Position numbers and translations under genes: made by a program. The notes under the pieces were generated by a model, which saw only the letters and a list, made by a program, of their open reading frames with translations, had not been told where the DNA came from and did no database searches. Positions 1-8,265 of a stretch of DNA of 64,000 nt are shown one piece after another. Position 1 is the stretch's first letter. Each line of letters begins with the position of its first letter. The stretch spans positions 6,385-70,384 of the forward strand of contig CAUDAE010000001.1 in assembly GCA_958447445.1 (NCBI GenBank). Reading direction: 5' to 3'. The stretch comes from an uncultured Collinsella sp. (lineage in GTDB: Bacteria > Actinomycetota > Coriobacteriia > Coriobacteriales > Coriobacteriaceae).

Positions 1-150
1 TAAGTCTGAGGCATGGTGTCCTTTCGACGGGGTTGGCAGGCTTAAGATTAGCGCAACAGGGGCGGTGGTGGGCTCCGCGCGTGCTGACCCAAAGGCCGCA
101 TGCTGGGACGTCGCCCGACGCTGCCCGACCAACAAGGACGGAGGACTCAT

Positions 151-903
151 ATGACGCAGGCGATAACGGACTCCAAACAGGCCTCCGCCGCGCTGGCGGA
201 GCTGTTCGGCACCCACAAGCGCGTGGTCTTCTTTGGCGGCGCGGGCGTTTCCACGGCGAGTGGCATCCCCGATTTCCGCAGCGTGGACGGCCTATATCAC
301 CAACAGTTTGCCTACCCGCCCGAGACCATGCTCTCGCATAGCTTTTACGAGGTGCACCCGGCCGAGTTCTTCGACTTCTACCGCACCAAGATGATCGCGC
401 TTGGCGCCAAGCCCAACCGCTGCCACACCAAGCTGGCCGAGCTGGAGCGCGCCGGCAAGCTAAATGCCGTGGTGACGCAAAACATTGACGGCCTGCATCA
501 GATGGCCGGCTCACAGCGCGTGTTCGAGCTGCACGGATCGGTCCATCGCAACATTTGCCAGTCGTGCGGCGCGGTCTATAGCGCCGAGTGGATTTGCTCG
601 CGCGAGCACGAGGACGCCGCGGGCGTGCCCGTGTGCCCCGCGTGCGGCGGGCGCATTAAGCCCGATGTGGTGCTCTACGAGGAGCCGCTCGATGAGCATG
701 TGCTGACCGGCGCCGTTGCCGCCATCGCCGCGGCCGATGCCCTCATTGTGGGCGGGACCTCGCTCGTGGTGTATCCGGCGGCGGGCCTTACGCGTTACTT
801 TACCGGCGATACGCTGGCCATATGCAACCTTGCTCCCACCGATCAGGATGCAAATGCCGACCTGCTGATTTCTTGCGACATCGCGGCCGCGTTTGCGTTC
901 TAG
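151..903 (+). CDS. cobB: NAD-dependent protein deacylase, Sir2/CobB family
   Basis: GGAGVSTASGIPDFRS, TQNIDGLH, ELHGS, Zn motifs CQSC/CPAC, KPDVVLY, GTSLVVYPAA; SD GGAGG before ATG at 151. Confidence 0.93.
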   Translation: MTQAITDSKQASAALAELFGTHKRVVFFGGAGVSTASGIPDFRSVDGLYHQQFAYPPETMLSHSFYEVHPAEFFDFYRTKMIALGAKPNRCHTKLAELERAGKLNAVVTQNIDGLHQMAGSQRVFELHGSVHRNICQSCGAVYSAEWICSREHEDAAGVPVCPACGGRIKPDVVLYEEPLDEHVLTGAVAAIAAADALIVGGTSLVVYPAAGLTRYFTGDTLAICNLAPTDQDANADLLISCDIAAAFAF

Positions 904-998
904 CCCATGTGCGCGGATACAATAGAAAGACTGAGTGCAAAGCGACCCCGCCGCCAGCTCCCCAAGCTCGGCGGTGTGGGCATTTTAGGAGGATGTTC

Positions 999-2729
999 AT
1001 GGCGAACGACAGCAAGACATGGCGGTGCGGAAAGTATGAGCTCAGCTTTGACCGTCCGCGCATCATGGGCGTCCTCAACGTGACGCCCGATTCGTCTAGC
1101 GATGGCGGGGAGCACTTCGACCCGGATGCCGCCATCGAGTACGGCCTGGCGATGCTCGACGCCGGCGCCGACATCATCGACGTGGGCGGCGAGTCCACGC
1201 GCCCCGGCTTTACCCCGGTCAACCCCGACGAGGAGGCTCGCCGCGTGCTGCCCGTGGTGCGCGCGCTGGCCAAGGAGGGCGCCATCGTCTCGATCGACAC
1301 GCGTCATGTGGCGGTTGCCAAGGCGGCCGTGCGCTGCGGCGCCTCGATCGTCAACGACGTGACCGGCTTCACCGATCCCAAGATGGTCGAGTTTGTTAAG
1401 ACGAGCACCTGCGGCATCATCGTGGTGCATGCCGGCGAGGTCGCCGCGCCCACCCGCACGCACGCAACGGTGCAGCTCGATACCTCGGCAGCGGCGTTTG
1501 TTGCCGAGAAGGCGCGCGAGGCGGCTGCCGAGGCCGCGCGTGAGGCCGAGAAGCCGGCTCGCCGCCGTCGCGGCAAGTTGCTGGGTGAGCCTAAGTCGGA
1601 GGCCAAGCTTCCGGGCGGCGTGGTGCAGCCCTCGTTGCCGTTTGGCGAACCGGAGCCCACGTCCGAGCCTGCAAGCGAGCAGGAGACGCCCGCCACCGAG
1701 CAGACTGCTGCCGCCGAGACCGTCGCGCCCGCGCCCGCAGCCACCGAGGCCGCATCGGAGTCCAATGACCGTCTGGCCGCCATGATGCGCCGCAGCGCCC
1801 GCCGCGAGGAAGCCTACGTGCCCACCTCACAGCTCCGCCGCTTCACCCTGCCCGATTCGGCGCCCATTATGCGCCGCGTCATGGGCTTTCTGTCTGACCA
1901 GGCCCGCACACTCATCCATGCCGGCGTGTCGCGCGACCGCATCTGCATCGATCCTGGCCCGGGCTTTGGTAAGTCGGCTAACGAGGACATCGTCATCCAG
2001 CGCGAGACTGCCAAGATGGCGTCACTGGGCTATCCGCTCATGTGCGCCGTGTCGCGCAAGCGCTTTGTGGGCGCCGTCTCGGGCGTGACCGAGGCCGCCG
2101 AGCGCGATGCCGCTACGTTTGGCGTGTGCCTGGGCGCCATCCAGGCCGGTGCCAACATCGTGCGCGTGCACGACGCCGCGGGTTTTGCGCAGTTCCTAAA
2201 CGGCTACTGGGCGGTTGCCAAGCCACAGCCGCGCCGCGCGTTTGTGGCCGTGGGCTCCAACCTGGGGCATCGCTGCGACAACATCCGCGCCGCACGCGAG
2301 ATGATCGCCGAGATTCCACTCACCTGCGTGTCTAACTCCTCCAAGATTTACGAGAGCGAGCCTGCCTACGAGACGCGCCAGGACGCGTTTGCCAACGCCG
2401 TCATCGAGATCAAGACCGAGCTTGCGCCGCTGGTGCTGCTCGACGAGCTCATGAAGATCGAGGCCGAGCTGGGACGCGACCGCTCCAAAAAGGCCAAGGC
2501 CAACGGTCCGCGCACCATCGACCTGGACCTGCTGTGGATGGACGGCGAGACCCACGGCGGCAAAAAGCTGCGCCTGCCGCATCCGCTGATCGGCGAACGC
2601 GATTTTGTGCTGGTGCCGCTCGAGGACCTGATGCACGACCCGGCGCGGTTCTTCCGCTACAACGGCGTCGAGGTCAAGGAGCCCGAGGACCGCGTGGGCC
2701 ATATCGTGGGCGAATTGGGGCGCATGTAG
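999..2729 (+). CDS. folP: Bifunctional dihydropteroate synthase / HPPK (FolP-FolK fusion) with a long low-complexity insertion
   Basis: N-part MGVLNVTPDS.SDGG, DVGGESTRPG, SIDT, DPGPGFGK, SRKRF, RVHD; C-part AVGSNLG, FANAV, GPRTIDLDLL, LPHP, RDFVLVPL; AGGAGG upstream. Confidence 0.92.
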   Translation: MANDSKTWRCGKYELSFDRPRIMGVLNVTPDSSSDGGEHFDPDAAIEYGLAMLDAGADIIDVGGESTRPGFTPVNPDEEARRVLPVVRALAKEGAIVSIDTRHVAVAKAAVRCGASIVNDVTGFTDPKMVEFVKTSTCGIIVVHAGEVAAPTRTHATVQLDTSAAAFVAEKAREAAAEAAREAEKPARRRRGKLLGEPKSEAKLPGGVVQPSLPFGEPEPTSEPASEQETPATEQTAAAETVAPAPAATEAASESNDRLAAMMRRSARREEAYVPTSQLRRFTLPDSAPIMRRVMGFLSDQARTLIHAGVSRDRICIDPGPGFGKSANEDIVIQRETAKMASLGYPLMCAVSRKRFVGAVSGVTEAAERDAATFGVCLGAIQAGANIVRVHDAAGFAQFLNGYWAVAKPQPRRAFVAVGSNLGHRCDNIRAAREMIAEIPLTCVSNSSKIYESEPAYETRQDAFANAVIEIKTELAPLVLLDELMKIEAELGRDRSKKAKANGPRTIDLDLLWMDGETHGGKKLRLPHPLIGERDFVLVPLEDLMHDPARFFRYNGVEVKEPEDRVGHIVGELGRM

Positions 2730-3431
2730 ATGATCGAGATGAATGCTGTTGCCGCTGGCACCGAGCTCGACGCGGCGCGCGACGCGGGCCGCGAGGGCAT
2801 GTCCGCGGGCTGGTGCGCGTGGAGCGCGGGCGATGCTTCGCTGACGTTTTCGCTGATCGTGCGCCCGGACGTGAACATGCATGCCTTCCACGGCCTGCCG
2901 TTTGTGGCTGCGATGGGCATGATGGACGCGCTCGTGGGCACGGCTTCGACGCCGGGGTTGGGCCTTGCCGGTAAGGTGGGTATCCAGTGGCCGAGCGATA
3001 TCGTGTGCGGTGCGCCTGCGTTTGAGACGTCGCTCGCGCGTGTTGCCGTGAACGGCGGTGCCGCTGCTGCGGGCATGTTCGGTGCCGTGACGGTGGATAT
3101 TGAGCGTTCGGCGCTGGGCGAGCTTGGTGTGGACGTGGCTGACGAAGCGCTGGTCGAGACGCTGGCCGCCGCCGTGCTGGCCCGCGTGGACGCTTGGGCG
3201 GTTGTTGCCAACACGCCGCAAGGCGCCGCAGGGCCGCTGGCTCCCGTGCTGGGCGAGTACTTTGACATGGTGCCACTGCTGGGTCGTCAGGTCGCGGCGG
3301 TGTCGCCCAACGGTTTGCCGCTTGCGGTCGGTGTGTTTGCGGGCCTGGACATCTGGGGTCGCGCCACCATCAAGACCGATGCCGGCGAGCAAGAGTTTCC
3401 GCCCGAGGCCGTGCGGATTCGCAGTCTGTAG
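2730..3431 (+). CDS. Degenerate biotin-protein-ligase (BirA)-like protein
   Basis: LTFSLIVRP, QWPSDIV (cf. KWPNDI), C-terminal SH3-like LLGRQV...GLDIWGR; starts immediately after the folK stop. Confidence 0.6.
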   Translation: MIEMNAVAAGTELDAARDAGREGMSAGWCAWSAGDASLTFSLIVRPDVNMHAFHGLPFVAAMGMMDALVGTASTPGLGLAGKVGIQWPSDIVCGAPAFETSLARVAVNGGAAAAGMFGAVTVDIERSALGELGVDVADEALVETLAAAVLARVDAWAVVANTPQGAAGPLAPVLGEYFDMVPLLGRQVAAVSPNGLPLAVGVFAGLDIWGRATIKTDAGEQEFPPEAVRIRSL

Positions 3432-3630
3432 CGCGGGGCACCTGCGCTCAAAGATAACGATGACAATGAAGCCCTCTTCGGCCTGTGCCGGGGAGGACTT
3501 TCGCCTATCTGGGGAATGGGTTGCCAGCGCCCTATTCCTCAAAACTGAAAATTTTTCGATTTTGAGGAATAGGCTTGGCGAACGTTTGCGGGGGCTGTGG
3601 CATCGGACGTGCTCGACTTAAGCCCCTGCT

Positions 3631-4404
3631 CTATCCCAGCTCCTGCATGCGGCGGTAGATTTCGCAGATGCCCTTGATGGTGAGTTGACCGTCTACCACG
3701 TCGAAGGCATCGGTCGAATCGGCGACGATGCTGGCGAGACCGCCCGTGGCGATAACGGTGGCATCCTCGCGGCCCAGCTCGCGCTTCATGCGCGCGACCA
3801 GGCCTTCGGCCATGGCGGCGGCGCCCGTTACGGCGCCGACCTTGATGCACTCCTCGGTATCGCGGCCGATGGCGTGCTCGGGCGCCTCGAGCGGCACGCT
3901 GGCGAGCTTGGCGGCACGGGCGGCAAGCGCGTCCATGGAGATGCGAATGCCCGGCGCGATCGCTCCGCCAATGTAATAACCGTCCTCATCGATGACGTCG
4001 ATATTGGTCGCGGTGCCAAAGTCCACCACGATTGCCGGCGCGCCGTAGAAAGTTTCGGCCGCAACGGCGTTAGCGACGCGATCGGCGCCTACGGCCTGGG
4101 GACGCGCCGCACGCAGCTTGGTCACCGCGGCCGTCTGCGGCCCAATGACGATGGCGTCTGCGGCAATGCGGTCGGCCACGGCGTGCCATTCGCGCGAGAG
4201 CTGCGGCACCACGCCCGCAAAGGCGATCGCGTCGACCGCATCGAGCGAAAGGCCGTACATCTTAAAGAAACCCATCAGGCGCACATGGATCTCGTCGGCG
4301 GTATAGGAGCGGTCGGTGGGCATGCGCCACGACTGCACCAGCTCGTCTCCGTCAAACAGGCCCATGGCCGTCTGCGTGTTTCCCATATCGATAGCGAGCA
4401 GCAT
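3631..4404 (-). CDS. coaX: Type III pantothenate kinase
   Basis: MLLAIDMGNT, GADR, VVDFGTATNID, GGAIAPG, IATGG motifs. Confidence 0.95.
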   Translation of the reverse strand: MLLAIDMGNTQTAMGLFDGDELVQSWRMPTDRSYTADEIHVRLMGFFKMYGLSLDAVDAIAFAGVVPQLSREWHAVADRIAADAIVIGPQTAAVTKLRAARPQAVGADRVANAVAAETFYGAPAIVVDFGTATNIDVIDEDGYYIGGAIAPGIRISMDALAARAAKLASVPLEAPEHAIGRDTEECIKVGAVTGAAAMAEGLVARMKRELGREDATVIATGGLASIVADSTDAFDVVDGQLTIKGICEIYRRMQELG

Positions 4405-4540
4405 GTCTACTCCCGGTGTTGGCATAAAAGGACGCGCACCATTGTATACGCGCCGTCGACGGAGCTCGGCTGCGATTCGTTTGCGGCGATAGGGGCGGAG
4501 GGGTTTAAATATGAAGGAATTATGCTCTACGAGATTTTTC

Positions 4541-4569
4541 TTGCCGTTTGCCGAACTCCCGCGTAATAT
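4541..4569 (+). promoter_or_regulatory. Putative sigma-70 promoter of the tRNA
   Basis: TTGCCG-17 bp-TAATAT about 31 bp upstream of the tRNA. Confidence 0.6.
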
Positions 4570-4600
4570 TCTTTCTTGCGCACATGAGGCGCCCAGACAT

Positions 4601-4677
<77 letters not shown>

Positions 4678-4686
4678 AGAACTTGC

Positions 4687-4716
4687 AGCTCGTCGGCCTA
4701 GTCGGCGAGCTTTTTT
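4687..4716 (+). terminator. Intrinsic terminator after the tRNA
   Basis: AGCTCGTCGGC-CTA-GTCGGCGAGCT followed by a T run. Confidence 0.8.
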
Positions 4717-4765
4717 GTTATTTCGGGGCCGTGTTTTCGGTCCAATTCTCGGCCTCTCAATCAAA

Positions 4766-5064
4766 ATCTCGATCTGTAACATCTAGACCCGATTTGGGCG
4801 GCTAGGTGTTACAGATCGAGATATACCGGTGGTTTGGGTCGTGTTTGTCTCGACCTGTAACATCTGGGGCTCATTTTGCCGAGCTGTTGTTACAGATTGA
4901 GATTTTTTGGCAGGCGGGTTTGGTTTGTCTCGATCTGTAACGGTAAGGGGTCAAAAGTGGGCCTAGCTGTTACAGATCTAGATTGTTGAGGATGGGCCGA
5001 GAGGAATGTCTCGATCTGTAACAGTAAGACCCAGTTTTACCGCGTAACTGTTACAGATCGAGAC
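4766..5064. repeat. Array of four 57-bp inverted-repeat units (16-bp arm RTCTCGATCTGTAACA, 25-bp variable core, inverse arm), period 80-81 bp
   Basis: Units at 4766-4822, 4847-4903, 4927-4983 and 5008-5064 read directly from the sequence. Confidence 0.92.
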
Positions 5065-5210
5065 AAACCGACGGGCCGCCCCGCCCACCCCCATCCACCT
5101 GCCGCCACCTGATATTCGCCGATTTCCGTTGTGCCGCTGTGCCCCCATGCCATATCCTCTAGACAACTACGCGGCATCATCGCCGCCGCGCCTACAAGAG
5201 AGGAATGTCC

Positions 5211-7241
5211 ATGACCGCACCTGCACCCAAGCTGCTCCAGCCCATTACGGTTGGCCCCCTTGAGCTCAAAAACCGCATTATGTTTCCGCCGCTGACCACC
5301 GGCTACGAGGAGCGCGACGGTTCCATCGGCGAGCGCAGCCTGGCCTTTTACGAGCGTCTGGCCCGTGGCGGCGTGAGCTACATCGTCATCGGCGACGTCG
5401 CTCCCGTCATGACCGCAAGCCCCACGCCCAAGCTGGCAACCGACGCCCAGATCCCCACGTTTAAGGCCCTGGCTGACGCCGTCCACAAGCACGGCGCCAA
5501 GGTCGCGCTGCAGCTGTTCCATCCCGAGTACGACGTGCCCGGTGTCGGTCGCATTGTCATGGGATCCATGGTCGCCGCCAAGGCCGCGCAGGAGGCCAAG
5601 GCCGCCGGCGACGAGGAGACCTTTGCCGCCAAGATGGCCGAGTCCAACGAGATCCGCAAGCAGGCATACGCCAAGTTGCACCACGACATGCAGCACTTTG
5701 TGAACGAGGCGAGCGTAGAGCAGCTCACCCAGATCAAGGAGGCTATCGCCGCCTCGGCCGCTCGCGCGCAGCAGGCCGGGATCGATGCCATTGAGGTCCA
5801 CGGCGACCGCCTGGTAGGTTCGCTGTGCTCGGCCATCCTCAACCAGCGCACCGACGAGTACGGCGGCTCGTTCGAGAACCGCGTTCACTACGCGCTGGAG
5901 GTCGTCGCTGCCATTAAGGAAGCCGCGCCGCAGCTGATGGTGGAGTACAAGCTCCCCGTGATCATGGAGAACCCCGACGGTACGCCGCGCGGCAAGGGCG
6001 GCCTGCAGCCCGACGAGGCCTGCGAGTTCGCCAAGCTGCTCGAGGGTGCGGGCATCGACATGATCCAGGTCGCACAGGCCAACCACACCGGCAACATGGG
6101 CGACACCATTCCGCCCATGGGCGCCATGCCCTACAACTGGACGCTGCCCGTGGCCGAGCGCGTCAAGGCCCTGGTCTCCGTGCCGGTGGCAACCGTCGGC
6201 CGTGTTGTTTCGGTCGAGGCCGGCGAGAAGATTCTGGAAGACGGCGCCGCCGACATCATCGCCTATGGCCGCTCGCTCATGTGCGACCCCGACATTGCGC
6301 TGAAGGCCGCCACAGGTGAGCCCATCCGCGAGTGCCTCAACTGCAACAAGGGCTGCGTCGATGCGATTCAAAACCGCAAGTACATCTCGTGCGTGCTCAA
6401 TGCCGAGAACGGCGATGAGGCAACCATCGCCATTAAGCCGGGCGAGGGCGACAAGAAGATCGCCGTGGTGGGCGGCGGCATCGCCGGTCTGGAGGCCGCG
6501 CGCGTGGCGGCCAAGCGCGGCTACGACGTGACCGTCTACGAGGCGAGCGATCATCTGGGCGGCCAGATTGTGCTGGCGGCAGCACCCCCGCGCAAGGACG
6601 AGATCATGCGCTCGGTCGAGTACTACGAGAAGATTCTGCCTGGCCTGGGCGTGAAGGTTGAGCTCAACCATGCCGCCACCGCTGAGGACCTCAACGCCGC
6701 CGACGCCGCGATTGTGGCCGTGGGCGCGCACGACGTGGTCATCCCTGTTCCGGGTGCCGACTCGGACAAGGTCGTCTCGAGCTGGGACGTGCTGGCCGGC
6801 AAGGTGGAGCTTACGGGCCGCGTCGCCGTCATTGGCGGCGGCCTGGTGGGCACCGAGACTGCTGAGTACCTGCTGCAGCACGGCTGTGAGGTGGCGATCG
6901 TCGAGATGCTCGACAAGATTGCCGCGGGCGAGTCCGAGACCATTCTGCCGCTGATTATGAGCGACTTTGCAGAGCACAACGTGGAGCAGCATGTTAAGAC
7001 CCGCCTGACCGCCATTACCGACGAGGGCGTGGAGGCTATTCGCACCACCGAGGACGGCGCCGAGGAGCCGGTGAAGATCGCCTGCGATTACGTGGTGATG
7101 GCCGTGGGCTCCAAGGCCAATGCGTTTGACCTGGACGGCGTGACGGTGCCCGTGACCTGCGTGGGCGACTGCTCGGGCGAGCGCACCGCCGACATCGCGA
7201 GCGCCATTCGCACGGCGTATCACGCGGCCAACGAGCTGTAG
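5211..7241 (+). CDS. bilR: Old-yellow-enzyme family NADH:flavin oxidoreductase, long-form bilirubin reductase-like
   Basis: TIM-barrel domain with EVHGDRL (HGDR signature), NQRTDEYGGSFENR, Fe-S motif CLNCNKGC...C, two Rossmann GGGxxG motifs; SD GAGAGGA. Confidence 0.78.
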   Translation: MTAPAPKLLQPITVGPLELKNRIMFPPLTTGYEERDGSIGERSLAFYERLARGGVSYIVIGDVAPVMTASPTPKLATDAQIPTFKALADAVHKHGAKVALQLFHPEYDVPGVGRIVMGSMVAAKAAQEAKAAGDEETFAAKMAESNEIRKQAYAKLHHDMQHFVNEASVEQLTQIKEAIAASAARAQQAGIDAIEVHGDRLVGSLCSAILNQRTDEYGGSFENRVHYALEVVAAIKEAAPQLMVEYKLPVIMENPDGTPRGKGGLQPDEACEFAKLLEGAGIDMIQVAQANHTGNMGDTIPPMGAMPYNWTLPVAERVKALVSVPVATVGRVVSVEAGEKILEDGAADIIAYGRSLMCDPDIALKAATGEPIRECLNCNKGCVDAIQNRKYISCVLNAENGDEATIAIKPGEGDKKIAVVGGGIAGLEAARVAAKRGYDVTVYEASDHLGGQIVLAAAPPRKDEIMRSVEYYEKILPGLGVKVELNHAATAEDLNAADAAIVAVGAHDVVIPVPGADSDKVVSSWDVLAGKVELTGRVAVIGGGLVGTETAEYLLQHGCEVAIVEMLDKIAAGESETILPLIMSDFAEHNVEQHVKTRLTAITDEGVEAIRTTEDGAEEPVKIACDYVVMAVGSKANAFDLDGVTVPVTCVGDCSGERTADIASAIRTAYHAANEL

Positions 7242-7689
7242 TTAACATCGCGGCCAGGCGGGGCGGTAGCACGGATCCGCCTCGCCCCGCTGCGTCCCGT
7301 CGGGTGTCAACCGGTGCGGGGCCTGCAAGCGCAGCAGGTCCCGCCCTTTTTGTTTTGCTCTGGTGGATGGTAATGCGCGGTAATCATGAGGAGTGAGGAC
7401 GTCTACTGCCTTGCAGACCACTCAAAAATATTGGGGGAGGGGTTAATAACTATATCCTCTATACCAAAGGACATAAAGAGATGCCAATTTTGTTGACAAG
7501 CGAATGACGATTAGCTGCGAGTCAGCTACCAGCGTAAATAATCGATAAAGAAATGTCGTAATTTGGTGCCAAATGCCCAGATAACGCCGCGTCTATTTTA
7601 ATTAACTGCTTTGAGCAAACAGTAAAATGCTACTATCTAACTTGCACGTAAGAAAGCAGATTAACGGCTAAGGCTAAGAAGTGGCAGGT

Positions 7690-8085
7690 ATGTCGGAAGC
7701 AACTAGGACTCGCACGCATGCGCCCGAGGTTAGGCAGCGCGCCGTCGAGATCCTCCAAGAGGGGGTCGGTCATCGCGCTCTCGCCGCGGAGCTTGGCATT
7801 CCCCAGGCCACGGCTCGTCAGTGGGCCCGCGCGTATGCCGTGGGCGGTGCCGACGCCGTTCTCAATGCCGGTTCGCATCATCCCACCTATTCGTACGACG
7901 TAAAGCTCGCTGTGGTTAAGGACCGTCTGGAAAACGGCTTGACGGTTCGCGAGGCCATGATCAAGCACAAGATTCCCAGCGAGTCTTCGGTCAAGGCTTG
8001 GTGCCGTCAGTACCGCGAGAGCGGTGAGTCCGCACTGGTCGATAAGCCGCGCGGTCGCAAGCCGCGCGTTAAAAAGGCGGAATAG
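7690..8085 (+). CDS. Double helix-turn-helix protein resembling IS3/IS150 OrfA, stand-alone
   Basis: ALAAELGIPQATARQW and YSYDVKLAVV...SSVKAWCRQYRESGESALVDKPRGRKP; no orfB downstream; start could be GTG 7681. Confidence 0.7.
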   Translation: MSEATRTRTHAPEVRQRAVEILQEGVGHRALAAELGIPQATARQWARAYAVGGADAVLNAGSHHPTYSYDVKLAVVKDRLENGLTVREAMIKHKIPSESSVKAWCRQYRESGESALVDKPRGRKPRVKKAE

Positions 8086-8096
8086 CAAACGGGATG

Positions 8097-8120
8097 GTGC
8101 GCCCACAGGGGCGCATTTTT
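8097..8120 (+). terminator. Intrinsic terminator after the HTH gene
   Basis: GTGCGCCC-ACAG-GGGCGCAT plus T run. Confidence 0.6.
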
Positions 8121-8265
8121 CTTGCCGCCTCTCTGCTCCAAAGCGGACGTGCCCTTGCCCCGTACGCCTAAAACTCCCCAGTTGACCGAAAACCTGCCGC
8201 TGCTGCTCCTCAATTGAGCTATAACGTTAAACAATTGCAGCGTTTTTGCATGGGGGAGTGATGGT

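Noticed and set aside
1..25. Possible start of a minus-strand gene (ATG at 14 with AAAGGA upstream)
   Set aside because: Only four codons lie inside the window, so no product can be supported
4766..5064. CRISPR array
   Set aside because: Repeats are only 16 bp, alternate in orientation, and no cas genes or leader are present
5037..7223. Long antisense ORFs (also 9991-11307, 16519-18168, 27666-30608, 34934-37495, 54789-56306, 61735-63048)
   Set aside because: Shadow frames of well-supported genes in high-GC DNA, with no recognisable motifs
7690..8085. Active IS3-family insertion sequence
   Set aside because: No orfB/DDE domain, frameshift window or terminal repeats seen
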